In this document: positions 13,526-27,556 of the stretch, piece after piece
Layout: every line of letters starts with the position of its first letter
Numbering within the stretch: the stretch's first letter is position 1
Origin: Ruditapes philippinarum
Lineage: Eukaryota
DNA: 64,000 nt
Direction of reading: 5' to 3'
Assembly: GCF_026571515.1 (NCBI RefSeq)
Contig: NW_026857242.1
Location: 372,001 to 436,000 of the forward strand
The notes under the pieces: model-generated
The model's database searches: none
Told to the model about the DNA's origin: nothing
The model's input: the letters and a program-made list of their open reading frames with translations, nothing else
Position numbers and translations under genes: made by a program

Positions 13526-15977
13526 CCAGATTTTTATTTTCTCTCCATGAAAAAATAAACATTGTCAAACACTATTGTGAAGTTTTTATCTGTGCTTAAT
13601 GTTACATGTATATCATATTTTTATATACAGCTAATGCACATTTGTTTATGAACATCTTTTTACCTTTTAAACTGATGAAAGGGGTAAGATGATTGTTACT
13701 GAAAAGGAGAGGTGAAAAAGAAACGGATACAAATAAAGAAGATATGTCACAATTATTTATTGTAGATCAAAAGCAGATTTTCGCAATGGTTGTTGACATT
13801 CCGTTATTTTTAAACAAACTTTGAAGTATTGACTGCGTTCCTAAAATGTATCCAATATTTATTTACAGGTTAAAATTTTGCACAAAACGTAACGGAACCA
13901 CTTATGAATAGAAAAATGGGGTAAGCCAATGATCATGCCTTTCAATTTGCACCCATTGACATCAAAACGCACATTCAGCATGCATGCAATATGCACACAC
14001 ATGCATTCTTTATTGACAAACTCTTGAACCCTTTTCTCAAGGTGGAAAGAACAGACAGTGCTATTTCAAGTAAGTGATACACCAGGAATAGATTCATCAT
14101 TATAGGTTCTTTTCAATAAAAGGTCTAAAATTCTACTTATCAAAACCTTTGAAAAGTTTAAAAGGGCTTAAACTTTTATAATTCTTAAGAAGATAAATGA
14201 TTCCAAATTGTTCATTTTTAAGCATGATTTCTCGCGAAGCAAAACTGAAAATAAAAACATGTAAATATTTCGGATGTGCTCATTGCAACAATTATTTGAT
14301 ACCGTTTTAAATGAAGCTTCGAGTTATCTAATAACTTTGTTTCAAATAGTTTTTATTTCTTCATACAGCTCTTTATTTATTTAAAAACCACAGCAGGTTC
14401 CAGGTAAAAAAGCAAATTATCTAAAACATTTAAGATAAGTATAATTGTTTGCGCAGTCTTACTTCTGTTATCAGGTAAGAAAGGAGTCAACTTTTCGTTC
14501 TATATTTTTTATCTTTGTGTTATCAATAAGGAACAACTAGAATATATTTAGGCAGTATTCTAAATATCTGAACTATCCGCGGTGATGATAATCTTGGAAT
14601 GTTATCCAATTTGAGGTATTTGAAACCGGCAATTGGTTTAATAATACCGTTTTATAAACTCTCTTCAAACGATACAGAAAGGTAAACTAAACGTGTTCTT
14701 AAGCAAGCAAAATGGTATTTTCTGATACAAAGATTTACAAGACATTATAGTTTAAAATATTCATAATAATTAGGAGAGTAGCTCAAACTTTATTTATCTA
14801 GAATGACTTAACATGAAACCCACCCGGAATACTTGCTTATTATGACAAGATTTAAATGTTACATAAAGCACATAATTCTGAAACATTTCATTTTGAAGTT
14901 ATGAGCCTTTTAACAAAGACTTTTGGTCTAATTGGCCTTTTAAGTAGAATGCTTTTAAAACTACGAAAGGTAGTACAATTGTAAGACAGGGGGAAAAATT
15001 CTGAAAGATTTATTGTTGTGCCATTTTTTAACTTACAATTTAATCACTTGCAATTTTGTTAAAGTTGCTTATAAAGTCGAATGATTTCAAGACTATAAAA
15101 TATCTCAACATCTTGAGATACTTGATTAATATAACAATGCAAAGCTGATAGACTAGGGGCATTATTTTTAGTAGCAATGTTCCTTTTATCTTGAATATTG
15201 ATAAAAATTGGTTATTGACAATTGTTGACGAGCGTTAATGCCGCATATGGTGCTCTTGTTTCTCAATAATGAGTGTACCACGTTGTAACATTTCTGCTGT
15301 TTATGATTAAAAAGACAAATGGACTCCCTCAAGAACGCCCAAAATTAAAAATGTTGCAAGCTCAGTTTGATTGGGCCTGTATTGGAACGATAATATCCGT
15401 TACCTTACTAAACTTATCAATATTTGTAAAACATTAATAATGGTAGCTGCAACACCATATGTTTCCCGCATAAATGCAATGAAAGTACTGCAGAATAAAT
15501 ACTAAATGTTGTCTGTGTACTGTTCAACCTATACTAACCTATGAAAATACGTTTTTGAGGAACAAAGGCATCAAAACAAATGCTCCTTTATCAGGTGATT
15601 TACGAGACTGAACTACACTATATCGAATTTTTGAAACAGATTGTTGTTCAATTTATTTCTCCTTTGGGAGTTGTGGTACTAGAAATGTATTTGTAATTGT
15701 CAAGATTTTTCTAAAACAATTGTTTTAAATGGAATAACTTAGAAATAATTCTGTTTAAGCTTGTTTTGAAATTATCGTGTGTTATTGCTTTTTCAAAGAT
15801 TATTGACACATTGATAAAGAAGTACCAATGTAAATGACTTAAGTCAAACAATAAAAAATCTAATAACGGAAATCTTCATATTTTTATCTTTTTCTGTTTA
15901 ATGGTTAAATAACAAATGTTCAAATATACATGATGTTAAGTTTTGGAGATAAAAAAATATTGAAATACTTCGTTTGG

Positions 15978-16061
15978 TGCCACTTGCGGCGAAGGGGTTG
16001 CCTTTACGATTTGAGGTATCAAAATTGCAGCCACCATACGTGATCGTAAGAGGCGACTAAT
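15978..16061 (+). mobile_element. SINE fragment (family S1 central domain)
   Basis: ggggttgcctttacg...aattgcagccac...gtgatcgtaagaggcgactaa matches the S1 copies in the opposite orientation. Confidence 0.6.
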
Positions 16062-16084
16062 TGAAAAAATTGCACACTGAAAAT

Positions 16085-16330
16085 ATTTCATTGTTGTCAA
16101 GAGCACATATCAAATGGTATTAAAGGTATCGACTTGGAATTTCATTGATAGAAAGCTTTCAGTAAAGAAAAGTGCAATTTACAAATCTCTTGACGTTATT
16201 GCTCTTTGTAATTTTCCTTACCTTATAATTGTCAAGGGCATAACTGGATTTCCTTTGGTGCTATCCATTTGAGACTTCATACGTAGATAGACAAGCGAAG
16301 TGTCCACGAATCACATTCTAACCTGGAAAC
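16085..16330 (+). mobile_element. degraded Helentron-type satellite-bearing fragment
   Basis: Two diverged monomers (ttgtcaagagcacatatc... / ttgtcaagggcataact...; ttggaatttcat...gatag / ttgagacttcatacgtagatag). Confidence 0.4.
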
Positions 16331-18034
16331 TGCACTTTCGGCAAAGTCTCCGTATGTTGAATTTTTGTTCAAAATTCATAAGGACAAAGTAACATTATTC
16401 CTATTGATAAATGGGACCCATCAATGTCACATTACATGAAAAATGTGAAAATGTCAATCTCAATTTTGAATGGTTTACATGATAGTTTTATTAGTATCTG
16501 TTTCCTCACTGTTGCGTCAAGACAACCCTACTCATATGTAAGGATTTTATACCTGCTCTTTAACGAAAATGTTTGAATAGTATAGTGATGCTAATGAAGA
16601 CATAATATCAAAATCGTATACGTTATATACTTTATGTTTACGTCAATTGACAATTTATATATTTTGTCGAACCTTTAATACTTTCATGCGTCATGAATGA
16701 AGAATTTAACCCCATTTGAAAAATCGATTGGTTTCTTCAAACCTAGATACGTGATTGTTAAGTCAAAATCAATTTTTTGCTATTGATGTTAATTTTTTAG
16801 CAGCAGCTGTATATTTCTGTCATCCATTACGAAACTCTTTGATGGGATAATGTTATTGTTCTGTGCGATTTTATCAATCCTTAAATCAATTTTATTGACC
16901 CCTTTGCGGATAATTGGTGCTTTAAGTTATTTGAAGACGTAGAATTTCTTCTAAATTACGTAATAAAAATTCAATAATGTTTGAATTTTATCATATAGAG
17001 ACTGATACTATTATTCAATTGAATAATTTTATGTCGATCCTCTGTTAGGATTTATTTAGTAAACCAGTCAAATGAAATTACTCATTTTCATATCAAATAT
17101 GATAAATTGCTTACAAAAGACTTCAAAAATACGGATTGCTGATAAAATCAATGTGGTAATGCTTATGTACTTTAAATATAAAGACATATTCAGAAACCAT
17201 AAAATCAAAAGCATAACAACAAGATTTAATGTTTAACGTTGAAAACAACTTCTATCATATAATTTTATTTAGAAATTATTTCAAAGATATATCAAATACA
17301 TGTCCATCAGTTTGGGTAAAATATAGGTAAAGTGTATATTTCTTTCTTCTGCTCTTTACAAACTGTTTCTTTTCAGTTTGTTTCCAACGTCACTCGTTAT
17401 TTAGAAAAACATACAATATATGTATCATAAATCAAATTACACGTAACGAAATACACAAATACAAGCATGTAAATTGGCGGCAAGACCACTTTTCCTCTAC
17501 CTTCAAATATTCGAAGTGAAATGACTCGAGTGAAAATTTATTTCTGATTACATCTTACATTTTCAATGATACATTAATTTCTTCAATTGTTTTAGTTACC
17601 GACACGAATGTATAATCATCAGCCAAAGTGACTAAAAAAAGGATTTAATCTGTAAGTTTTCTTTTTCTTCTTTAAAAAGATAACCTCAAACCCCATTTAG
17701 CTGTTAACATGATGTTAAACTACCTGCTTATGTCTTTGATTGGTTTGACGATCAGTGTTTGTCCCTCTTTTGTGTCCTTTTTGTTCGTTGTCTTGCTTGG
17801 TGTCTCTATCTGATGGTCCTATGTTTCGCGTTTAGTGAATGTTCCTTACTCTTGTTGATCCTCCTGTTTGCTAGCTGTCTTGTTTTCCAATTTGAATTGG
17901 CCTTGTTCAGTGAATAGATTTTAAGGCTTCAGCAAAAAAAAAAGTGTTTGACATACAGACAGCTGATGCCATGCTTACATATTAATATTTGCCGGAATTT
18001 CTAGGCTTCTTTATCAGATATATGACTTTAACGA

Positions 18035-18130
18035 GAGCCAGCATCATTTCCAATGAAGCCGTTACTGTGCTAGGGTATGTGGAGGTAGCTTGCAATCACC
18101 ACTTCTGCCCATGAACAGACTCAATCAAAA
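18035..18130 (+). mobile_element. MITE family B, degraded fragment
   Basis: gccagca...gaagccg...gtgctaggg...catgaacagactcaatcaaa resembles the family B arm. Confidence 0.45.
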
Positions 18131-18744
18131 ATTTATAGATAAGTTTTCTGCGAGAAACACATTTTTATTAAACCAGTACACAAAATTACGTGTTGTCAGC
18201 TAAACTCTGGTATTTTAGATTAGGAAAAAGGCTCTCATGTAGCGTTACAATTAATGAAAAAAATGTTTTGGATGTTTTGACAAATTTACATATACGGTAT
18301 TTATGAAAATTATTGCTGTCATCTTCAACCAATAACAGTCACAAAATCGGACACGGTGCATTGCTTTTCATTTTCGGTAATTAAAGTTGATTAAGAGTTA
18401 TTCCAAATACAACATTTCAACTTTGTCAAGGTCTTTATATTATTATTAATGATGTTCTTCCATTGTAAGATAACAGTAACTTAAATTTATTCAAATTTTG
18501 TAGCAACAAAAACTTTCTCTGTAAAACATTAAAATTCGTTAAGGTATTTATATTGTATATCATGTTCTTACATTACATGATTGTTCACTGTATTGGCTAT
18601 AAATGTATATTGTCATTTTATGCCAAATAAAGAATATGTTATGTTAAAAGAATATGTTATGTTATTATCACGATTGTCTAAATACATGCATGACTGTTGA
18701 TATTTTTCACAAGTCGACCGGTCAGCGAGTGGATCTGCGCCAAT

Positions 18745-18986
18745 TAGTCTGGCTTCGAATAATAATTAGGCTGGCTTCGAATAATAGGTGTGAAATTCTT
18801 TCATAATTATATAATCGGGACCGAAATTTTACTTCGAAAAATAGGAGGTATTCGGATAATGCATTTCGAATAATACGCTAGTATTTATATTGATTTATAT
18901 AGAGATAAAAACGGGACTGCCGATCTACTTCGGATAATGCCGAGTATTCGAATAAAGGGTTGTCGGATAACCGGGGTCAGACTGTA
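18745..18986 (-). mobile_element. one-ended Tc1/mariner (pogo/Tigger-type) MITE fragment
   Basis: The minus strand begins TA|CAGTCTGACCCCGGTTATCCGA and has repeated TTATTCGAA/TTATCCGAA motifs, typical of this MITE class. Confidence 0.6.
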
Positions 18987-20925
18987 TTTGTAAAACTTTA
19001 AAACATTTATCGTTTTATCAAGTTTTGTTTTTCAATTTGATATTGTGATATTCAATAAGCGTTCGTCACATTCACTCATTTTTTTTTATTCATAATTGAA
19101 TGAAACCGCATTTTAAATTACAAATACGATACATGTATACATAAACTAATTAGTAGTCAAGGTTCTGCGGATGTTTTTATTGTCATGTTTCACGGTTTAC
19201 TATTACTTTAAGCTGATGCTAAGGATGCTTGGACGGTAGCTTACATTTACTACCACCTTTTATGAAGAAACTTAACTTTACCGAGCCTGCAACGTTTTCA
19301 AGTTTGCCGTTTAGGGTTCGAAATATAGGTTTCCAATAACTTAATTGAGTGCATTGTGTTAGTTCCGACATTGAATCAAAATGTAATTGTACTCTTTCCT
19401 GTTTAATTCATTTCAAATATAAAGATATATAATGGATAGACGGATGTCTAGATCACAGGGTTTCCCTTTGTTTTTTGGGGGTTTTTTTAACAATAAATTA
19501 TACCTTTATGATGAAGAGAAAACAAACTAGAAATCTGAATATATTGATCAATAAACATAGAAAAGTACATTTGATATATACATGTACGAAGAGTTCCTTT
19601 ATTTCATTTTCTGTTATTTGTGGTGTATCGTGTTCTGCAATATGTAAACCCTGAAAACAGAACAATATTTTGACTTGACATATCCAAGAAAACATATTGA
19701 AATCCAAGATAATATAGCTGAAATGCAAATAATAAAATAAAATAATAATAAAATGTATTATTGTTCATCCTTCTTCTTACACTTGTCTCCAAATTACATA
19801 AATTCTGTATGTGCTATAGGCAGAAACATATTTCAACGTTGTGAACAGGTTATCATATCGAATCTTTTTAATATGCAAAACCAATTTATTTTTTAAACTT
19901 TTTTAATCTATTTATGTAGCTGTTAATTTAGTTAGTCACGTATGAATGAAGAATAAAGTCTGTCTTCTGAAAATGACAAATGTATTCGCTGTAATTATCC
20001 TTTTTCATTCTTATTACATAATTTTGTAACTATATTTGATGTTTTCAGTTTTGCTAACGTCATGGTAACAATCTGATAGATTATGTTTATTTGTTAATTT
20101 GATAATTTGTTTTGATACTTCTAGACGAAATGTATGATATTATTACTCCAGTGACATATGCAATCATAGTATTTACGAAACTACATGTTGTTACAATATG
20201 TTTGCATACTTTTTTAACGTATATTTATTTCATTACAGGTTAAATACTAAACTAGATTAGTAAAGTATACAACATGGGGTAAGACCAAAAACATACTCAA
20301 TACATTTGAACATCAACATTGCACTCATTTACATTTAAATGCACCTGCAACATGCATGGGGTATTGCACTTTTTGAGTTCTTTGGTAATATTACATAAAG
20401 AACAAAATTCTCAAAAACTATGCCCAACTATTCCGCTTGTGATTTAATGCAAGTTACTGTTCATTATTAAATGTGTCATCTTAATGTATTAATTTAAGTC
20501 CAGCTAATAAATTGTCTTAAAACCAAGATGCATGTGAGTGTCTGCGCATTAACAGAACAACTCCTTTAAAACTTCATAAGATACCCACTGTAAATTTTAG
20601 ACAGATGTTTACCACTTCTGAAGGTTTTTTCTTCTTCTTTTCATTTTCTTTTATTTCATATGTTTAATATTGAAATTTAGTAACACATAAACGACAAAAG
20701 GTAAATTTGTTTTAATGTATATTTAGTCTTCAACGTTATATCTAAGGTACGATATTTTCAATCTTAAAGGTCAATATTTAAAATAATTCGAACAAAGATA
20801 ACAAACATTTTTGTTTCACAGAAAAAAGATATTCAAAGCATGGTTTATTTTTAAAATGGTTGATATTTAAACATTATGTTTGATAAAAATGATCGCTCAA
20901 CTGTGTTAGTAAGGGTTTTGTAAGG

Positions 20926-21160
20926 TTTGGTTTGATTTTAAATGTACTACGCACAAACACAATTTAGGTCATATGGCGCTGAAACAGGAAATATGATTTT
21001 GTCTTAAACTCTGGTGATTCACACTTAAAGCTACACAAAGAGTCAAAACCTCGTCACCTGCTGGAGCTTAGAGATGCATAGACTCGAATAATTCCAACTC
21101 CTTAAGTCGCCTCTTACGATGCCGCAACCCAATGAAGGCAACCCGTCAGCGACAAGGGGA
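20926..21160 (-). mobile_element. SINE fragment (family S1)
   Basis: Shares tttaggtcatatggcg (3' tail), tcacctgctggagc and gtcgcctcttacgat with 23987-24245. Confidence 0.7.
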
Positions 21161-23986
21161 ATGTAGGTTAGGTTAGGTGTTGCTTTTACCACAAAGCATC
21201 ATAGTACTGAAAAAAGCAAACATGCATTTCTATGACCTCAAACAAATCCAGTCAGTCAGTACACTTAACAAACGCTTTTAGCTTTACACAATTACCTCTT
21301 GCGTTTATCCAACTACGTGACCCCATTGAAACGTATTGACAGGTAATTTTAACATTAAGCGAAGAAATAGATAGCCTATAAATAACCTCTACTCAACAGA
21401 AATTTTCAATGAAATCATGCAGTTTTCCAAATTTACAAACTTACACTAGCTTTTTACTATCACAAATCTGCAGATTAAGCAATAATTGATCCCAAAATCA
21501 AAGGGCTAAACAAAATTATGAATAATGATTTTATTGGTCTTTTAATTTTAATATCTCTATAAGGTTTTATTAAATTTGGCTGAAAATATTTATATCAGTG
21601 AATTAAAAAGGGTTCATCTATTGGCCGAAAAATTGCAGGTGTGATTGTTTGAAATTATTATTAGAAAAAATACAATTTTTCAGTATATTTATAAAAAATT
21701 CAAACTGAATTCCAAACGGTTGGCAAGTCTTATTTGACGATATACTGTAAGAACCTTTCTATTTCCGAGAACTATATAACTACTCTAAATGCATTTCTTA
21801 TTCTCAAATATCCCTAAACAATTTCTTAAAGTAAGATAATCAGTTCATCCCAAATAGGTTTTAAGTAAATCATTGAATGGTCTCAAAGATCAATGACACA
21901 TTAGTGTAGAATCTATGTTGTAAACCATTCTATTTTGTTTCATTTTCTGAGTTTAAATAACTTGTTTTTCTTGCACTCATATAAATGTATCATATGAAAT
22001 AGGAAGATTATCGATTTTGAACTGACGTTTTACAAATGCATTCAGGTACATTATTACTTTTGATCAAAGTTGAGAGAAATTTATTAAATAAGATTTCCAA
22101 ACGTTATTTTGATTTTTAATCCTTGGAGTGCTCTCTTTATTTTGCTGTTGAACTCTTTATCAATATATTTTGGAATCTGAAACAATTATAATCTGTTTGA
22201 CAACAAATTACTATGGAAACTAGATTGTTCTTTTTATACTACTATTTGTTCTTGTCTTTTACTTCATCAACTCCAAAATAGCTGTGGGTTGACACTAAAT
22301 TCGTTATTTTAGATAACATATATTTACAATGAAATATTACATACCAAAACAAATGTTTTCAAAAAGAACTCGCAGTTGAACTTTTCTTTTTCTTTAGCAG
22401 TGTTGTTGCATGTGTTGTATGATAGGAATAAATTAGTATGAATAAATTAGTATTTAATTGTAAATAATTTGTTAAATAATCTGATTTAATTCAATTTTAT
22501 GACTGGCAATGTATCTAATTTATCTGTGTCGAGATACATGTAAGTTTGTTATAAGTATATTGTAAATTGACGAGGCTATAATGATGTTGGGGTGAATATA
22601 AATTAAACACATAAAAACAAAAAATTGCAGAAAGCATTTTCCATTTTTATCAATTAATTTTGAAATTATGTTTCATAAGTTACATTACTTACTTTAGCAG
22701 TCACATTAACCAATAAGTTGCCTCATCTTTAAATTTCTAAGTAGGTCAAGAATATTAATTCCAGCCTTTTTATAAAAAGATTGTTTAAAAAGAGTGGTAA
22801 TAAAACATGTCTTTGATCTTGATAAACGAGGGTGGGTCAACAATCAAGAGCGAGTTCCTAACACTATTTTATCGTATCTGACGTTAATGACGTCATAACT
22901 CTAGAAAAAAATATGTTTGTTTATAGTATAATTAAATAAAAGCACGGTTAACATGCAATTTAACATCATATTATCATAATTGAAAATCGTGTAGTTATTT
23001 TTAATATGAAAAGAGTTATACGTTTCTTAATGTGACTATTATACGAATGTCAAACATGATTAAATCTGAGGAATCAGATAAAAGCTTTTGATTTATCACA
23101 ATGAATTATCTCAATACAAAAATTAAGCAACTATGAAAGTCTCATCTGTTGGTAGTAGGAATACACAGCTGACTGCTTCATGTCCGGGTTATAAATCTTT
23201 TTCTTAATTTTAGTGTAGATGTCAACCCTAATTAGTAAACACTTACGCACATCATAATTCTCTCGTGACGAACATGTCGGAACCCCTCAATTAACAAGCT
23301 TACAAAAAGGCAATGTTAAAAAATGTATACTTTATCGGAATCCAATTAAACTTAGCAAAACGCTAAGTGGTATTTTCATGATAATATTGTATTATGTATA
23401 CATATATATATTATCATTAGATATTTACACACAAGACATATATAAAAAATTGTTCTCATGTCAGTAGTAATGTCGTTCAGAGATCAAACAGGCCTCAACA
23501 CCATTGTCGGATCACATAATGTAGTTCACAACTCTTGTATTTTATCCTTCAAGTAAAATATCAGTTAGAATCGCATGTCAAAACAAAACACTGAAATCTG
23601 GTTTTGTTGGGACAATATTGTACTCATCGTCAAATATAGAATCGTTAGGTTGATTTCACATCTTTATTAACACGTTAGTACAAAAAGCAGTATGTATTTC
23701 ATAGTTATCTGGACCGTTAATAATTATTTTATTACAAAAAATGTTTTTAAGGAAAAAAGGCTTTGATATATTATTGATTATTTCACCCTTTACAATATAA
23801 AAAATGGTAGGGACATCGCTTTGCTTTGAAATCACCAAGAGTGAACAGATATGACTATAGTAAAAGGAAACTTGCTATTTAGTGATGTATTCTCTCATGA
23901 GTTAGATATTTCAAAATGATAGCATAAATCTAGTTATCGTTTAAACTACCAAACCTGACGAGTTGATAATCGTCTTTTTGTCATTA

Positions 23987-24245
23987 TTTGGTTTTACGGA
24001 GCACCAACACAGTTTAGGTCATATGGCGCCGAAACATGAAAGCTGATTTAGGCTAACCTTGTGTGATACAATCTTTATGCATCACCAAGGGTCAAAACCA
24101 CCTCACCTGCTGGAGCAAAGACGTGCATAGACTCCAGTAATTCGAACCCATTTAGTTGCCTCTAACGATCACCCAGGATTAAACAGTGGCTGCAATTCTG
24201 ATGGCCCAACCCGTAAAAGCAATCTCTCATCCACAAGGGTCTTGC
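23987..24245 (-). mobile_element. SINE fragment (family S1)
   Basis: Paralog of 20926-21160; its right part matches the reverse complement of 15978-16061. Confidence 0.7.
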
Positions 24246-26359
24246 GATCGTGTTTTAAATGCTGTACTTACTGTATGTGTGACTTATCAAATGAATCTCA
24301 TCTTGATACTTCTTGTAAAAGGATCAATAAAAGAGAACTGCTTATTGTACTAGTTAGATTATATTTCTAAGCATTATTGCATCTGTTTTATTTTCCATTA
24401 TCGAATTTGTTTGTCTTATCAAAATATGTTCTTTTAGATAATCAATTATATAAATGGTTTTAGAGAACACAGTTAAACAATATGGCCAAAAGAGCAAAAT
24501 GCCATTTACTAAGTATTAAGTTTTATACAAATCAAAAGAGATCATTCCCAACATAGACAAAATACTCTTTTGACAATTTGATTTAAACAGATTTTAATCA
24601 ATTTCATAAAACAGAACGATTTCCGAAAAAATCACTTTAATTTTACGCCCTACATGGCTTGTATACTTAAAACTGTCCTTAAATTTAACATATAGCTATA
24701 ATGTTGACTTTTACTATGTAGTAAACAGTTTAAAGCGTAAACGTCTTACAGTTGCAATTTCTTATACATTGACTTTTCTGTATGATATAAACAATGCAGC
24801 TCGAATACATTCTTAGAAAATCTTTATCTAATCGCTAAGTCGATGTTTTGGCAAATTGAATGGGAAATGTTAAACATCGTGAATATTTATTACTGCATAT
24901 TAACAGATAATTATAGTGCTGAATTAGCATTTTTTTCGTAGCACATACCAGAACGATTAAAGTAGTACAATTAAGGATTTGTAGTTTTTGACGCATACAA
25001 TCTTTACGTAGCCTTGTTGACAATGATTATGAATAATCATTTATTGATATTTGCCACCGGCCCATAACAACAATATTTACATTAAAATGCAATCTCATAG
25101 TCTTGTTGATGCATGCATTTACAATGTTATAGAAAACACAAACTATCATTATAGTTATAATTTGTGATAGATATTTGTCTTTCATTTTTATCAATTTGAT
25201 TTTTAATGACATGTTAATTTAATAATTTTGTTCAAAAGTAGTCTATGAGGTCTCCATATCAGCAGTGTACATTGTTCTTTAAAGACACATTGTGCCTCAG
25301 AAATCCATATTGTAATAATTTTTCAATAATGAGTCTATAGCATGTTACATATTTTAAAGCTGAAGAAAGTAGTGCTGAACCTGTAGTAATGTGTCGTTAA
25401 AGTAGCTTAATGTGAATCAACTAGTATTTTGACTCCCGTACAAAATACTAATTCACTATAATATTATACCATGTATCTGGTTATGTATATGGAAAATGAG
25501 TATATACAAGATATTACTCATAAAATCTTTTTGAGAAAAAATAAAAGCATTTCTGAGGCATAATGATTTTAAAGTATAAAGTATTTAAAGAGATATTTTT
25601 TCTTTCTTTCTTTTCTGTTAGCTCTTGTGGGAGACAGGGGGATAGGGCTGAGAAGGAAGGGAATGAGTTTTAGTATTAAACTTAAACAAAATCAGTAAAA
25701 AAAACAGTTTAGGATTGATATCGACTTTCTAGAATTATACATTACATTAGGAGAGTTATGTACAGTCGTATCACCTATTCTTACCAACTTAATTAGATGA
25801 TATGATATTTAATGAGAAATATTATTAAACATTAGACTAAACTACGTAAATTTAAAGAAATTGTAGGTATAGATATAGATATATCATTTTTATGTAAAAG
25901 TCTGTTAGCAGATAGAATCAGTTACATTGATTGATTGAATGCATAAACAACAATATAACGCATTAATACTAAAATGTCTTCCGCCTTGGTCATTATTTAC
26001 TCGATGACGTCAAAGTTCTGGTAAAACGATAATTCTGTCTTCCAGAAAAGTATATAAAAGCAGATAATTAATATATTTTATGAGCAAAATGTTCTTGAAT
26101 ATCATGGTTGTTATTTATGATTATTATTAATAGAATCTGAAGTGAGATATTTAAAACATTTTCAATATTTGATGTGCAATTTCAAAATACCATAAGGAAA
26201 GGTTCCAAATACCATAGGGAAATAGCTATTGAATAATAGTGATTTTCGGACATTTATTATGCAACATGGCCATAATACCTGTCAAGACTTTATTACGAAT
26301 TTATTATACTGCACTATCGTTTATAGTAATAGAAATAAATTCATAAAATGTGTAGCCAT

Positions 26360-26578
26360 ATTACTAGTTGTTAAGTTTTTTGACAGGTAAACAATCGTTT
26401 TTAAACGGTCAAATAACTTGTCAGGAATATTTATAACGAATTTATAATACAGCAAACTTCCTATTTTAGAGGAATAAGTGAGAATTCTTCAAAAATTGAC
26501 AACAGCCGCGTATATAAAACAATATAAACGTCACGATTACCCAATGAAAAGCCATGTTACAAACGTGCAGTATTATAA
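26360..26578 (+). mobile_element. family C element (hairpin loop deleted)
   Basis: tgtcaggaatatttataacgaatttataatac...ccaatgaaaag...cagtattataa aligns with 58568-58727. Confidence 0.75.
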
Positions 26579-27494
26579 AAATAAATGTCATCATTGTCCA
26601 ATGGTAATCTACGTTACAAACAGCATTATTACAAAGATTTATTTGCCTATGAGTAGTAATAGTCATTGTTTTATTACATATAATAGTAGAACATAGAATA
26701 TTATTATTATAATTATGCACATAATTGTTATCGAAAAAAAGATACATAACTGATTATTTGAGTGAACAAATTTATATTATGATAATTGAACAGTGTGACT
26801 GTTTAAATAAACAAGTCGAACTAAAACAGTGAAAATGATTAAATGACTCTACTAGCATCTCATATATTATCAACTCGGGTCAGTTATAGGCTAACCAAAC
26901 CAATTTATAAAGGAATTCCGTATTTGTTCGAGACAATTTGATGAATTGGATGGTCAAGAAAGTGTACAAAGTAAGAAGTTATGAATGTCAGGGTATGGCT
27001 TTGTATATATGGCAATATTATGATATTTCTAAATTATGTATCAAGTCATTATTTAGGTTTCATTGTATTTGCATGTTGATTATTATGAAAAAAGTTATCG
27101 ATAAAGCTCTAACGAATATCTTCTTGCAATGTTATGAAAACAATAGGGCTTATCACACGTTCCCGTTTGAGTTGTTAAATTAATATATTATAGAGCAAGT
27201 GTTAAATACTGTGTACCTGTAAAATGTTGTCACATACCTTTATATTTGCGTTTCCTTATGCAGTTTGTCACCTCCTATAGGGATACTTTTGGATAGAGAG
27301 CACCAAAATTGCTCAATTTGTAGTTATCGTCGTATAATGCACCTCGGACAGCTCTATTTGACGATTTTTGCCGAATAACGCTCCAAAATTCGACAAGACT
27401 CTCTAGAGTCATGTTAATTTCAGTGTATACACACCAACACATGACGACGTCGAGGTGCAATACTATAAGGCCTGCCTGTACCCTCTGTATGTCA

Positions 27495-27556
27495 GTTTGT
27501 TCGTTCCCTTGTCTCTCTGTTTGTCTGTCTGTCTGTTTGTCTGTGTCGATCTGTCT
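27495..27556. repeat. degenerate (CTGT)n microsatellite, probably the head of a Helentron-type fragment
   Basis: gtctgtctgtctgtttgtctgt run adjoining a CpG-richer fragment at 27270-27480. Confidence 0.55.

Noticed and set aside
17730-17915. Strongly strand-skewed segment resembling a minus-strand exon
   Set aside because: No continuous frame; more likely a low-complexity TE tail.
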